The notes under the pieces were generated by a model. It saw nothing but the letters and a program-made list of their open reading frames with translations. It had not been told where the DNA came from and ran no database searches. The position numbers and the translations under genes are program-made. From the human T2T-CHM13v2.0 reference genome, Homo sapiens, in NCBI RefSeq assembly GCF_009914755.1, contig NC_060947.1: a stretch of DNA of 64,000 nucleotides; one strand, written 5' to 3'. Below, piece by piece: positions 1 to 12,887 of this stretch. Each line of letters opens with the position of its first letter. Positions within the stretch are counted from its first letter, which is position 1.

Positions 1-540
1 ACGCAGTGATGAGAGCTAAGTCAGAGTTGGAGAGCACACTGAAGTGAGTGGGCCCTGCATCAGCCCTCTCTTAGCCACAGTCACAACTTCTTAGGCAGGT
101 TTTCATTTAATGAGCACAAGGTAGTGTGCAGACATGTGCATCAGAATATGTCAGACCTTAGAGCCTGGTGTGAGAACAGTAACAATTGAAAACAGACACT
201 TATCCTAGCTGTTCTTGCCTCCACCACTGAGTATTTAAAATAAATAAATTAGAGAATAGTAGGGAGAAAAGTCCCCAATAACACTTCAGTGTAATAAAGT
301 AAAAAGGGCTTTTCAAGATGTATGTGGTAAAGAGAGATGATTTGGTTTCTCCTGTGACTCCTGGACATGATTGGAAATCATTGAATCCAACCTTTTCTTG
401 CAGTCAAGAAAAGTAAGGCCGAGCAAGGAGAAGGGATATGCTCAGGGGCACACAGCAATTTTATGGCAGGGCCAGGGCTAGAGTCCACATCTCCTGGGAT
501 TCCAGCACCTCTTTCCCTGCACCATGTGGTCTCTCTTTCC

Positions 541-847
541 CTTTTGTTTTCTTTTTTTCTGTCTTTTTTTTGGGAGATGGAGTCTCACTCTGTCACCCAG
601 GCTGGAGTGCAGTGTCTTGGCTCACTGCAACCTCTGCCTTCTCAGATCAAGTGATTCTCCTGCTTCAGCCTCCCAAGTAGCTGGGACTACAGGCGTGTGC
701 CACCATGCCCAGCTAATTTTCGTATTTTTAGTAGAGACGGGGTTTCACCATGTTGGCCAGGCTGGTTTTCGAACTCCTGACCTCAGGTGATCCGACCCCC
801 TTGGCCTCCCAAAGTACTGGGATTACAGGCATGAGCCCCTGTGCCTG

Positions 848-850
<3 letters not shown>
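541..850 (-). mobile_element. Full-length AluS-type SINE in an AFF2 intron
   Basis: T-rich tail, then GAGATGGAGTCTCACTCTGTCACCCAGGCTGGAGTGCAGT through GGATTACAGGCATGAGCC...CCTGGCC: antisense Alu dimer. Confidence 0.95.
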
Positions 851-889
<39 letters not shown>

Positions 890-1031
890 ATACAGCCTTG
901 CTCTGACTCCCAGGCTGGAGCACAGTTGTGCGATCATGGCTCACTGCAGCCTCAGTCTCCTGGGCTCAAGCAATCCTCTCGCTTCAGCCTCCCGAGTAGC
1001 TGCAACTACAGGCACACGTCACATGCCTTTC
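851..1031 (-). mobile_element. Partial older Alu (AluJ right arm / FRAM-like) with a long poly(T) tail
   Basis: T36 followed by CCAGGCTGGAG...GATCATGGCTCACTGCAGCCTC...GGGCTCAAGCAATCCT, a single monomer with J-type residues. Confidence 0.85.
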
Positions 1032-2692
1032 TAACTTCTTTCGACATTTGTGGCACATGACAACTTTGTCATTTTCTCTAAGAATTACAGACGAGAAAGT
1101 CTTTCTTTCTTGCCATAAATTGACATTTAAGAGTTAATGACTAACACTGGGGAAAAAGACTAGGAAATAGCTTTTGCAACCTACCACAACAAAGAAACCC
1201 AGCTTTCACTGCCTTTTTGTCATTTCACTGTCTTCTGTGCCTAGACCCCTTAGCTTGGACATCTCCTCATCCCACTCCTACCTTAAGAATAAATCTTTCT
1301 ATCAAGAAGTGACGAAGTAGCTCAGAAATTATAAACATAGCAGAAACACTCTCGAACCCATTCACACCAGACAAGCACAGAGCAAGTGTGAGGATGAACT
1401 TGCTCCCTCAGACCAGACCAGAACATACCAGAAAATAGATGGTTTGCAGAAATGGTCCAACTCTGTCCTATAGCTGTAGGCACAGCCTGTGTGAGTCTCA
1501 AGAGCATTGCAGTTGTAATTGTTCCCAGATCTAGTCAGCAGCATTTCAGCATTTTGGTATGCTACAATTGCTGTTTCCCCAAATCATCTGTATGTGCTGC
1601 CCGTCAGGGTGCACATCTGTTCTGGGAGCCACACTGGAAAACTAGAGTTGCCAACAATAGCAACTGGTAAGGGGGTGGGGGGTGGGGCAGAAGACAGAGT
1701 TCCTTGATTGTGTGATAAGGTGTGTTCAGAGGAATAATGAAGAGATTCTTTCAAACATGCAGACTCATGGAGTCCTAAAGACATCTTCCCTCCATTTCAT
1801 TTACTCACTCATTATGTTCTGTCCTGAAAAATTGATGCGTTTGCCTGGGCAGATGTTCATAGTGTGACTGGAGGAGGAGAGAGAACCAGAGGGGCACACA
1901 GACCTTGCTTTAGTGACTGTTCCTGGGCAAGCCTTCAGGTTCCTTAGGTAGCCAGATCTAACCCTGGGCCCTGGAAGAAAAACGACCCCCATGCTGTATA
2001 CAGCCAGCAGGTGACTCCTTGTTGCGAATATTAAAGAATATAATGAAAATGTGTGTCTAAACACTGGTACTCTCTGAAGTGGAAACCCTGAAGACTTCTT
2101 TTTATAAATCAGCATGCAGGTAAATAGTCAGCAATTAACAGCCCATCTCTGTAGCATGTCTTAAAGAATCCTAAAGAGAGAGAATACTACTTTTCCCAGC
2201 TTCCCAAATACTGCTCCTTGGGGGGCTGTAAGAATTGCACTTTGCTTATTGTGGTAACAGTATTTGGAGCAAACTGACATTGTGGTTTCCACAAAACACT
2301 TTGATGATAGACCAATATTGGACATCAAGTGTTTTCTAACTGCTGATAGCCGTTCCGGCAGCAGGTAGAGAAATCATCATAGCTCTGAGCTGTTTCTTTC
2401 TCTGAAACATCACAACACTTGTTATATGTATTCAAAGGAAGAGCTATATTTGTGGGTAGAATTAATGCCAGAGAAATATCCACCCAGCCCTCTCTGGTAT
2501 TTGAAGACAAAAGCAGTGGTGTGCATGGAGCCCTCGGTGGTGGTCAAAGGCAGTGGAGACTTTGGTGTTTAATGTTAGAAAAGAAGAAGAGTGGGCCTCA
2601 TTCTATAGTGTGGCACTGTAGCTCTGGGTGGCTTGGTCAGATGAGGCAGGTATGGGGTGGTAATAATCTCTGTATCCACTAGAGCCCCTGGA

Positions 2693-2735
2693 AAAAGCTA
2701 TTGTGTTGACAAAAGCTATTGCATTGACAAAAGCT
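2693..2735. repeat. 18-bp tandem repeat, about 2.4 copies
   Basis: AAAAGCTATTGTGTTGAC / AAAAGCTATTGCATTGAC / AAAAGCT. Confidence 0.8.
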
Positions 2736-2874
2736 GTAGCTGTACTGTGAGAAGAGTCAGTGGGATGTCAGAACAAGCTCCACTCTGATGGGGCTTCACA
2801 TGTGTACGCTATGCTAAACTTCACTCCAGCAAATGGCATTCTGATGAGATCCCAGCGTGATGGGGAAGGCCTAG

Positions 2875-3162
<288 letters not shown>

Positions 3163-3949
3163 TGATGGAGTTAACTTCACTTTGAAGGACTTGAGTTGTA
3201 CTTGGTGGCCTTATATCTTTCTGTCTCTCTGATTTCCAGAACTTAGATAAGGGAAGACAGAGTTCGCTCAGGGCTGACACAGTGACCTATTATTCCTGAG
3301 AGCATAAAAAAGCCCCGGAATTTTGTCCTCCTTTAAAGCTTAAACTCATTTGAACTGTGATGTGTTTTGAATTTCACTCACTGACAAAGATCAACACAGA
3401 GAAACAGAGGCAAAGACAAAAATAATGGTTTACAATTAATTATGACCCTGTTGGCTCCTGTTATTATTGTTATTATTATTTTTTTGAGAGGTGAGGTTGA
3501 ACTAAGGCCTTCAACCTTCAATATAATTATTAGCTCCAGTTGAGTACACGATAACGCAGCTTGCATTTGGAAGCAAGGGCCAAAGTTCAGCTAGTACTTT
3601 TCACACACCGATGGCTGGGATGAAGAATCAGGGTGCTGTTCATGATGACACTTGAACTTTGCTACAAAACAAATGCAAAGAGGACCCTGCTTTACCAGAG
3701 TGAATCCGTGGTCTTTGGTGACTCATGCAGACATCTGTGACCTTAGCTGTCATTGAGGATCACAACAAAGCCTCACTACCCTAATGAAGGTGGGAAGTAA
3801 AATTAAACTGCACATTTGTCTCAGCCATTCATTTGACTTGGCTGATTCTGGCCCAGCAGTCACAGACTGCTCCACACCAGTCAAGGTGGGGACAAATGTG
3901 GGCTACCCATTACTACTGTATCGCTGAGCATGTGGGGAAACCATCTCAT

Positions 3950-4200
3950 TGGAATAGGAAGGATGCAGATTTTGCAACCCAATCATTTAAGTTTGAATCC
4001 TACCTGGGTCATGCATTACCTAGGCAACCTAGGCAAGTTAATTAAATCTGTGAGCTGCTTCCTAGCTTCTGTCTCTATAATGGACGTAATGGTGATGATG
4101 ATGGTGAAACGTCCCAGATGGATGATAGAGATGGGTTGAATTAAATAATGGGTGTAAAGCACCTAGTATAAAATTCTGAGTTCAAGGTAGAAATTCTACA
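3950..4200 (+). mobile_element. MIR SINE fragment
   Basis: GTTTGAATCC...CCTAGGCAAGTTAATTAAATCTGTGAGC...TGTAAAGCACCTAG resembles the MIR core. Confidence 0.6.
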
Positions 4201-4369
4201 AAGATTTATTATCTTTCCTTACTCCATAATATTATGTATCTATATAACTCAAAGATTTTGTGGCTCACAAAGCACATTCCATAATTTGAGACCTCACCCC
4301 TCAACGCAGCTATAAATTTACACTGACTCCTGGGAATATCTGCATGTATTGGTTCCACAGGTTTGTGCA

Positions 4370-4555
4370 GCAATTTCTATGTGCCAGGAACTGCACTATT
4401 GCTTTATCATTTGTTGTCTCATTTGCCCTTATTTCATACATGAGGAAACTGAGGCTCTATGAGATTAAGAAACTCACCCATGTTATCACAGCTCTTGCTT
4501 GTTAGAAGCAGAAATCTAGAAGTGTCTGATTCCAGAGTCTCATTTCTTAATCAAT
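4370..4555 (-). mobile_element. MIR SINE fragment
   Basis: ATGAGGAAACTGAGGCTC...GAGATTAAGAAACTCACCCATGTT, the antisense MIR core. Confidence 0.7.
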
Positions 4556-6599
4556 AGGCTACACTGCCCATCTAGAGAGCAAGATTAATGACAGGTCCTC
4601 AGAGACCTTTGGTGAGATCCCAAACCAGTTATCTGAGCAATGGATAATTATTAAATTGTCTACTTTTCTACACCTCTGGAAACTCAGAGACAACTGGCCT
4701 ATACAACCAGACTCATCCAGGGGTTCTAGAATTGCAAGTGAAGATAGACACATCTTAAGATTTGCCTAGCATGTCTGCCTCTGCTATTTCTCTCTTATTT
4801 TGTATTAGTAACTGGAGGGCAGTTCAATATTTATGGATTTCCTTTATCATTGCATCCATTTTCAAAATCTGTTAAAAGTATTTCCTTCTAAATTAACTAA
4901 CTTCAGAACTTTCCAGGAGCAATGTGATGGCTGTGCTGATGTTAGGGTGAAATGGTGTTAATCTTGTCATTAGCACAGTGTGTCAAAGAGTTGCTAAATT
5001 CCCTGTGTCATCTTGAATGAAAACAACTCCGTCACTCTACCAGCAGAGAGAAAATGTGTCCTGTTAATGCTGTCATTGGGGTTTTCAGCGGACTGGGGAG
5101 AAGACTAGTGTGAAATCTTCTGCTCAAAGCCTGGAGTTTCATACTTTGTCATTTCTGATCTACTTAGCTTTGGGGATTCTATTCACATCTACCTTGTCTA
5201 CATAGAAAAGAGAGAACTGAAGAGCTTCCCTTTTGGTTGCAGCTCTGCATCTCACTGGAGACAACCACGTATTTGCACGTTTTTTACCCAGTGGAGATGG
5301 GTGAAGTTGGTTCTCCCAGTGAAAGGTCTCCACTCCTGCCTCATACTGCCCACAATGCAGCTGCAGATGGCTTATTGTAGAAGGTTCTGGTGCTGAAATG
5401 AGCCAATGGCACTTATGCTGCCCTCTGGCCTTTGGTCTAGAAGCTTACCTGCCCAGCTGCTTATACTGCTCATTTGGAGCAGTTATTAAAATGGTGTCTA
5501 ATTAAGAATGCCACAGAGAGCTTTGTACAGAATACCCAGGGAACATCCTGGCTCATATGAGGCTCACATTCATTCAACAATGACTAGGTCCTTAAATGTT
5601 TTCCTTAATACTGTATTACATAGGAAAATATTTTAGATGCCAGAAATAATTTACTCTTTTATCAGCAGAAATTATTTTATTGCATAGTACAGGTTAAAAA
5701 GTATCATATAATCAAATGAGGTTGACACCTAGAGAAGGATCCCATATGTTATATATAACATGAAGAGTAAATGCATTGTTTGATGAAATTCCATCTGCTG
5801 AGCAATCAAGCACATGTAACCCATGCATGGAAATCACTTTCCAAGAAGGCAGGAGAGCATCCCACGTTAGGGCAGTCTCCAGTCCTATCCCCTCACCCCA
5901 CCCCCTGACACGGATTCCTTGCTGCCAGCCAGCACATAGCTGAGGCTGCTTCCTTTGCCAGAGAGCTCTCTCATAACTAAGTGCCAGGCAAATGAATTCG
6001 TACATGAAAAGGGAACACCTAGCTAGTTTTTAGAGATCATATAGTTTTTCCCACATAGTACTTCTATCGCCTAAGGCAGACGTTCCAAAACTCCAGTCGC
6101 GCTAGTTAGTAGTGTAGCCTCAGGGCTGCCCCCTTCCCTAAGTGAACCAAGGGGAAATCAGCTGGGCATTCTTACCATTAATGTCCTAGGTCAGGGGCTG
6201 GAAAAGTTGTTAAGTGACAGATACTTGCAGGCCATTTTCCATCCCCAATGAAATTGGTAAGAAGACTTACAGAATCAAATTCCTCCTAGATGTTTATTTA
6301 GCTGTGGAGGCTGACGGCTACTATTAATGTCCAGATTCATGGGCCTTGTCTAGACCATGCCAAGAAAACTCAGTAAACTCGGTTCATTTAGACAAAAGGA
6401 AAAGAGGATATTTTCAATTCATTAACACATTGAATGACAAACAGCTTGACATTAGATAGACCATGGCTCCCTACAATTTTGTGTAGAAATACCCTTTTCT
6501 AAATATAAATGTATAATCTATGAAAACATAAATGTATTATGTACTGCAGAGTTTTTGGAGCTCACTAAAGATTAAAATAATAGGGCTTGATAAACTTGT

Positions 6600-6670
6600 G
6601 GAGTTTTGGTCTCCTAGTAGGCACTCTATAAATGTTTGTTGAATGAATGAATGGACAAATGAATCACATT
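6600..6670 (+). mobile_element. L2 3'-end fragment
   Basis: TAGTAGGCACTCTATAAATGTTTGTTGAATGAATGAATG is the typical L2 terminus. Confidence 0.65.
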
Positions 6671-6758
6671 TCCATTGTCCATGTGGTTGTGGTGTTGTGT
6701 GAAAGCAGCTTCTCAATGTGGTGCATATTTTCATGATATCATATAAAGGCCTAACTGA

Positions 6759-6899
<141 letters not shown>

Positions 6900-9800
6900 T
6901 GGGTGTTCTCAGATCTCTAGCATCACGACCCATCACTCTACCTCTACCAGCGCACTGATGGTCACTGGTGGAACTCCACTCACTGGGGAACGTTCTCTTT
7001 GGTTATGTTTGTTTTTATGCTTCTTTTGTTATCTGTAAAAAACAGAAGTCATTGTAAGTTGACACTACAACTTAAGGGCAGTGTACGTTTTATTACTTAG
7101 TCATTTTTTTTCTTTTAGCATTTGATATGCATTTCTCAGATTCCACCATCTTTTTGTGCTTTATGGAATGACAGTCCCTACAATATTGTTTTAAGCCCAC
7201 ACTACCCAAAACAAAGAATGGGAAGCACTTGTGATAAAGACAGGCTCCTGAGAAATGCAACAAGTGGTCTTACATATACATGAGAACTTAGACACAAGGG
7301 ACCATCCCCCAAACTCTACTCTTATACCCAGAAAAGAACATATTTCAGAATCTGTCAAACTTTTGTGTATCCCACAGATTCAATCTTCAGGTGAGAATTT
7401 TCATTGTCAAAACCCACTGGTTAGATGTTGTAGCAACATCATAAAATCAAGAGTATCAAGAAAATAAATGAGCATAGCAATGCTACTCTTAAAAAGATGC
7501 TATGCCACACAACCAGAGGACTTTCTTGTTAGCATCCCTTTCCTGATTCCCTATTTTGTTAATTTTAATGATAAGAAGAAAGGGTGACATTTATTTTGAC
7601 AAGTTTTAGGCATCAGCTGGCATCAGTGTTTTTCAACTCCATTATTTGAAGTGTAAATCCTCACCTGGGGTTCTCTGTGTGCAAAGCTGTCCTTTTGAAG
7701 AACAGTTTGGTTGATGCATGCCTTAGTAGCCAAAATGCTACACTCTAGACTTACAAGTGGGAGTTAAGAGAGGTCTGGAAAGTGTCCAACAAGGAATTCA
7801 CACCTCTGCCTCCTTTGCAACAACAACATTTACACAGTTGGTAAGTGGGTCCATAACTGGCAGGATTTTTAAATTGTATTTTGCTCAAATCTATGGGAAC
7901 AAAAGTCAAGGTATCACTACCTAGAAGTAATGATATACAGTTTTCTTCCTAGTGGCTTGAAAATCTGGACTTCCTCAATTATTATTCACATTTTCTCTCT
8001 TATAGGTTTTCTGTTTTCTACTTTCTTTTTTCTCTTATCTGTGTTTCCCTTTCCTTTGTTTGGCTCATTAACTTTTGACTGAATTACAATTACTCCTTTT
8101 ATTAAAGTCCATATTATTGTGAATCATTTCCATGAAAATTTCTAAGAAAACTCCAAACTCTCTAAATAGTAGCTAACTTTTATTTTTTTAAAATGAGTCG
8201 TGGGGTAGTGCTTCACCTTGAGATGCTTTGAAAGAGCCCTAAACATTGGGAACCATTCACCTAATTTGGAGACATTTCTCACTGGTTGTGACTACCCCCT
8301 TATGATCCTTCACATTCATTTTATGTCCCTAAACATCACAATGTAAATATCATTTTTGATGTTCCAGCTCACCAGAAGATTCTTACACTTGGGGTAAACA
8401 CTATCCATGCATTACTTACTGGTAATTACCTGCTGGTATATAATTCCATGTAGCCTTTAATATGCTGGGTTATCAAATTCTGTTCACTGAGTTATGACCA
8501 GATAAATAATAGATATGCACATGAAAGATGCAAACTTGTGTGATTATTAAAGCCAGCCATGCAGGTCCATGATAGAAACAGCAGGTGATGACTCTGCACT
8601 CTCATTGTCAAGGTTAGATATATCCCCAGTTGCAAAACAGCCAGACTTGAGCTGTGCTCTGGTCATCTTTGAGTTTAAGGCCTTTTGTTGTATAAGGCTG
8701 TGGAAGTTGTACTCCAATGGCTGAAGCCATGTTGTTAATATGGCTGATGGGAGCATCCCTGCAGCTGAACCCAGCACTTTTTATGCTCCCACTGTGGTTG
8801 AGCTTTATGTTTACAGTCTCAGCAACAACACTTATGCATCCAAACACTCACAAATGAAACCTGAAAGAATCTTTTCTGAGCCTCTTAAAAGAGGAAAATG
8901 ATGATAACATTAAAGACTCTGAACACCCAAGGTTGGTGTCACATATAAAAATTAAGCTGATGACTTTGCAGTGACTCAAGTTGTCTCTTTATCATGGTTT
9001 ACCAGGTAGAGTGCCTGGCTATTACTATATAATGAAGCCCACTGGCTTGACTTGTAAGTTCAACCTAAACCACAATCCTAGACCATCATGGATTTAGGAG
9101 TAGATTCTTCTTGAAATCCCACATCCAGAAACTAGACATTAGAATGTTGAGGCAGTTTCCCAGAGAAACAAGCATATTGCCTCATGGATGAAAGACTTGT
9201 AGTTCTAGTTTCAGTGACTTGTTATATCTACTTACATACAACAGGGAGGCAAGAGGATTCTCTGTCATCTCTGGTGACTGAGTGTAAAATATGTGCCAAG
9301 TCTGCAGCACAGTGACCAAATCTGACAATCGAGCTCTGGATCACCACTTGATTATGTAGTAGACTCATTTATAAAGCAGCTTAGGAACTAATTAAACATG
9401 GAGGATGAATTACCTTCCTATCCCTTGAGATAAGACATCTTTCAGTTTCATGATTAAGGATTGTTGCTGTTTTATAGTTACTCTGTTCATCACAGTGTAA
9501 ATGGTGATGCGTGTCGTAGGTGTGCAGCTATTTGAGGGACTAAGGGATGGAGATATTCTGTCAAATGAATCTCTTCAGTATACCAGTTTGTGGGAGGGAT
9601 ATGAGACATGTGGATGGCAGTGAGAGATCGTGCCTCTAGATCTTGATGGAGGCTTGGTGAGACACACTTAAATAAGCACGTGGAGGTTAGAATAGAGGGC
9701 AGAGTAAAAGGAAGCTCCATCTGAGCAAGTACACCAAATGATCTCAGCCCTGCAACTTGACCCAGGTAGGGCCACCACTACGCCTTCACTTGTCACCCAA

Positions 9801-11021
9801 GCTCCAACCACAGAGAGTTTGACAAGTTTGTGTTATGATGTTGGCTTGGCTTTGTATTTTTAATTAACTTTGGATTTTTAGTGGTTTTGTCATATAACTG
9901 TCTGAGTTTGGTAGGTAGGATTACTTTGAAAAGGGTTTACTAGTGTGGTCCTCCGGGTAGAATTTAGCTGTAAGCATGTTGTTAGCCAGCCTGTAGACTG
10001 TTAATTACTTAATAATCTCATTGGGAAAATACTAGTAGTTTTATATTTGGATGACATAATTGGAAAAGCAGATTAGCTGCTACTACTTTTAAAAGACTTA
10101 AGGTCGGGATGCCTTTTTTTCCATGTAAGGAAATGAAAAGACCAAAATCTTCAGGCAAAAAGCAAGTTGCAAAATTAGAAACCATTGGCTAAAAATGTGT
10201 TTTGTTGAGTTTCCAAATGGATGAATTTTCATTTGGACATTACATCACTAAATTCATTAGATTTTGTCTGCATTGGAAAGATACTCTTCTAGCATATCTT
10301 TCCCAAAGATATCTAATTTGGATTCTGTTTCATGCAAATTTGCATCCCGGAGGTTGAAGTTGGAGTTTGAGGTTGGAAAATATCTTTGAAGGCAGAATCA
10401 GTTGAGTTGTGAGGGTGAAGCCTCACATACTTCTCAACAGACATGATAAAATTCACCTGCATGAGTTGGCAGGTGGGAGAACCAAACTGGATCACTGGGT
10501 AAGACTACTCAGTAAAGCAATGAACTGCTTGCTTAGAGAAGCATCACTATCCCCATTGAGAAAAATGTGTGGCAAGATGATACAGCTACACAGTATCAAA
10601 TGAATGGGTCAATTCAGCACCCCCAAATTTAATTCTGTGGGGAAAAATTATTGAGCCAGTTGTCAGTGTTCTGTTACATGACTGGCAGACTAAATTCTTC
10701 ATCGTTGTTGTTATTGTTGTTGTTGTTTCTCATTTTCACTCGCACGGCCTTATTCTCATAATTAAAATCTAATTCATTTTCTCTTTAGTGTTAGTAGACT
10801 CCAACAACAGAAGTGGCATCTGTGTATTCATAATCAGCATTTACCCTGGCAGGAGACTAATCAGATAGGCCGGTCTCAGACATTAATCCTACCATCTGAT
10901 ATTTTTGGTGAAGGAAAAAGTATTAATTCTCTTTCCATCCTCCTCCTCAGAAATATAGAAGCCCTCTTTACCAAAATCATCACATTTTACTCTGTAATCT
11001 ACCAGCTAAAAGAAAATTGCA

Positions 11022-11087
11022 TTGTGGGGAGGGCAGAAAGGGGGTGGGGGTGGGGGCGGGGGGGTGGGGGGTGGGGAAGCCCCACAA
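11022..11087 (+). promoter_or_regulatory. Putative RNA/DNA G-quadruplex in the 3'UTR
   Basis: G5-T-G5-T-G5-C-G7-T-G6-T-G4 at 11040-11076: six G-runs separated by 1-nt loops. Confidence 0.8.
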
Positions 11088-11269
11088 AGCCAGATTGCAG
11101 TTCTTGCCCCTTTTTGCGTCTGACATGAGATGTTAAAGAATTATTCATAGTGCTCACATTGGGTTAGGGGACACTGAACTGCTTTTTAGATCCATGATCA
11201 GTCATCATTCTTCTAAGAGATTGGAGCTTTGCTGTTTCATTAACTGTGCAGTGTAGACTAATGGTGTTT

Positions 11270-11275
11270 AATAAA
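11270..11275 (+). terminator. Proximal poly(A) signal AATAAA
   Basis: UGUA upstream (11252-11255) and a GU/U-rich element downstream (TTTTGTTGGCTCTGTGATTTGT, about 11316-11337). Confidence 0.7.
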
Positions 11276-11861
11276 AATCATTCAAAATTTCAAACTCTTT
11301 TGCCAGTGACCTCAATTTTGTTGGCTCTGTGATTTGTATCAGACTTTGAGGAGGGAAGGGGGAAGTGAAGGAAGCCTACGTCCAGGCCCCTGACAGGATG
11401 CTGCAGTAGCAAGCTCAAGCTCGCCTGCCTGCCAGCAGTTGCTGGTGAGCAGCAGCATGCAGACCAGCTGTGGGAAGCCTCCTGAAGAATGCCCCAGCTG
11501 ATGCTTTCAGCTGGGAATAGTTTGTTCCTATTGGGGAACTCATTGTTCTCCAGTCTCTGCAGCAGGAAGCCAGCTGTCATATTCGGAGGGAATTTCAGAT
11601 GCTTTACCTTTTTGGTTTTGTCCTGCATCACTCATGTGGCTACGAAAGTGTCTCTGAGAATAGAGCCCAATGTGGTGACAATGGGTAGTCAAATGCACCC
11701 CAGATGCTCAAGCCCTGTTGTGGTTCTGCAGTGTTTATGAAATTGGGAGGAAGGAGACCCTGGACAGTAAGCAAAATTGGAGACACTCCAACGAGGCTAA
11801 GTTAATGCCGTGTTGCCCAGAACAAGATCTAGCTTCTCATTTGGTCAGCCTAGCATGCAAC

Positions 11862-12070
11862 CAGTGGTGTGCTGGTAAAATGTTTAACAACCAGCTCGCT
11901 GAGAATAGAAAGCACCTGGTTTGCACCATTTGCCAATTTCCATGGCATAAATACTACCACTTTAGATGATTTTAAGCTACCAACTGTGATGTCACTGAAC
12001 ACATGGTTGGAAAGAGATGCACGCAGTTGGCTCTTGCAAGCCTGGGCAAAAATGCTTCAACACGCCACTG
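11862..12070. mobile_element. hAT-family MITE (MER63-like) inside the 3'UTR
   Basis: TIRs CAGTGGTGTGCTGG ... TTCAACACGCCACTG, flanked by a degenerate 8-bp TSD CATGCAAC / GATGCAGC. Confidence 0.8.
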
Positions 12071-12851
12071 GATGCAGCCAGTCAGAGGGTTCATATTTAA
12101 TATATGTGTTCATGTGGACACACACAGACACACACACACAAACTCACCCTTACACACACACTTCGATGACTAAAACAATTACATAGTTTTAAGATATGAA
12201 TCAATGTGTGAATGTAGAAAGCTTATGATAAGGCCCTAGAGGTATGGGTTGCCCTGGAAGCCTAGGTTTTAAGCAGGAGAATAGCTGAGAAGAATGAAGC
12301 CCTCCTGAGCTGAAAGGAGAGATGGATCAATGGAGATGGTTCCATCATCTCCTTCCATATCTCACAGGTAAAATGGGCACTCAGAAAACCCTCACGATTG
12401 ATTTTTTAAAAAGATAAGTGAGTGTTTTTTATTTTATTATTATTGTCATCATTATTTTGATTTACAAATGCTATTTGTAACTTTTACATGTAACTAGGAT
12501 AAAGTATTTACGGGAACTCTATGGAGAATAGCACAATCCAGAATTTACTGTGTTTTTCTTTTATGTGACGTGGAAACTCAGTAATTCTCCCACCTTCACA
12601 TTGTTGTTCATAAGAATTTTACTTTAGTTATTAGGGAATCTAAGTTTTTTGTTAACATTTGTTTTTAGTTAAAAGTATCTACTTACTGTTTTAGCTCTGA
12701 ACTCAAACCAGAATATCTCTGTATCAATTGCATGACTATTCAGAAACAATAATCCAAACCAAAATAATTCTTTTTCCACCCAGTACGAAGAAAACTAAGC
12801 TCAGTAACAAGAAGGCATAAACTAAAGTATATAATGAGGCTTTCATTAAAT

Positions 12852-12887
12852 ACACACACACACACACTCACACACACACACATACAC
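12852..12887. repeat. (CA)n microsatellite, interrupted
   Basis: Read directly. Confidence 0.9.

Noticed and set aside
438-937. Overlapping ORFs of 63-88 aa
   Set aside because: They are translations of antisense Alu sequence and poly(T).
1671-1687. Intronic G-rich tract as a G-quadruplex
   Set aside because: Only three separated G-runs; much weaker than the 3'UTR element.
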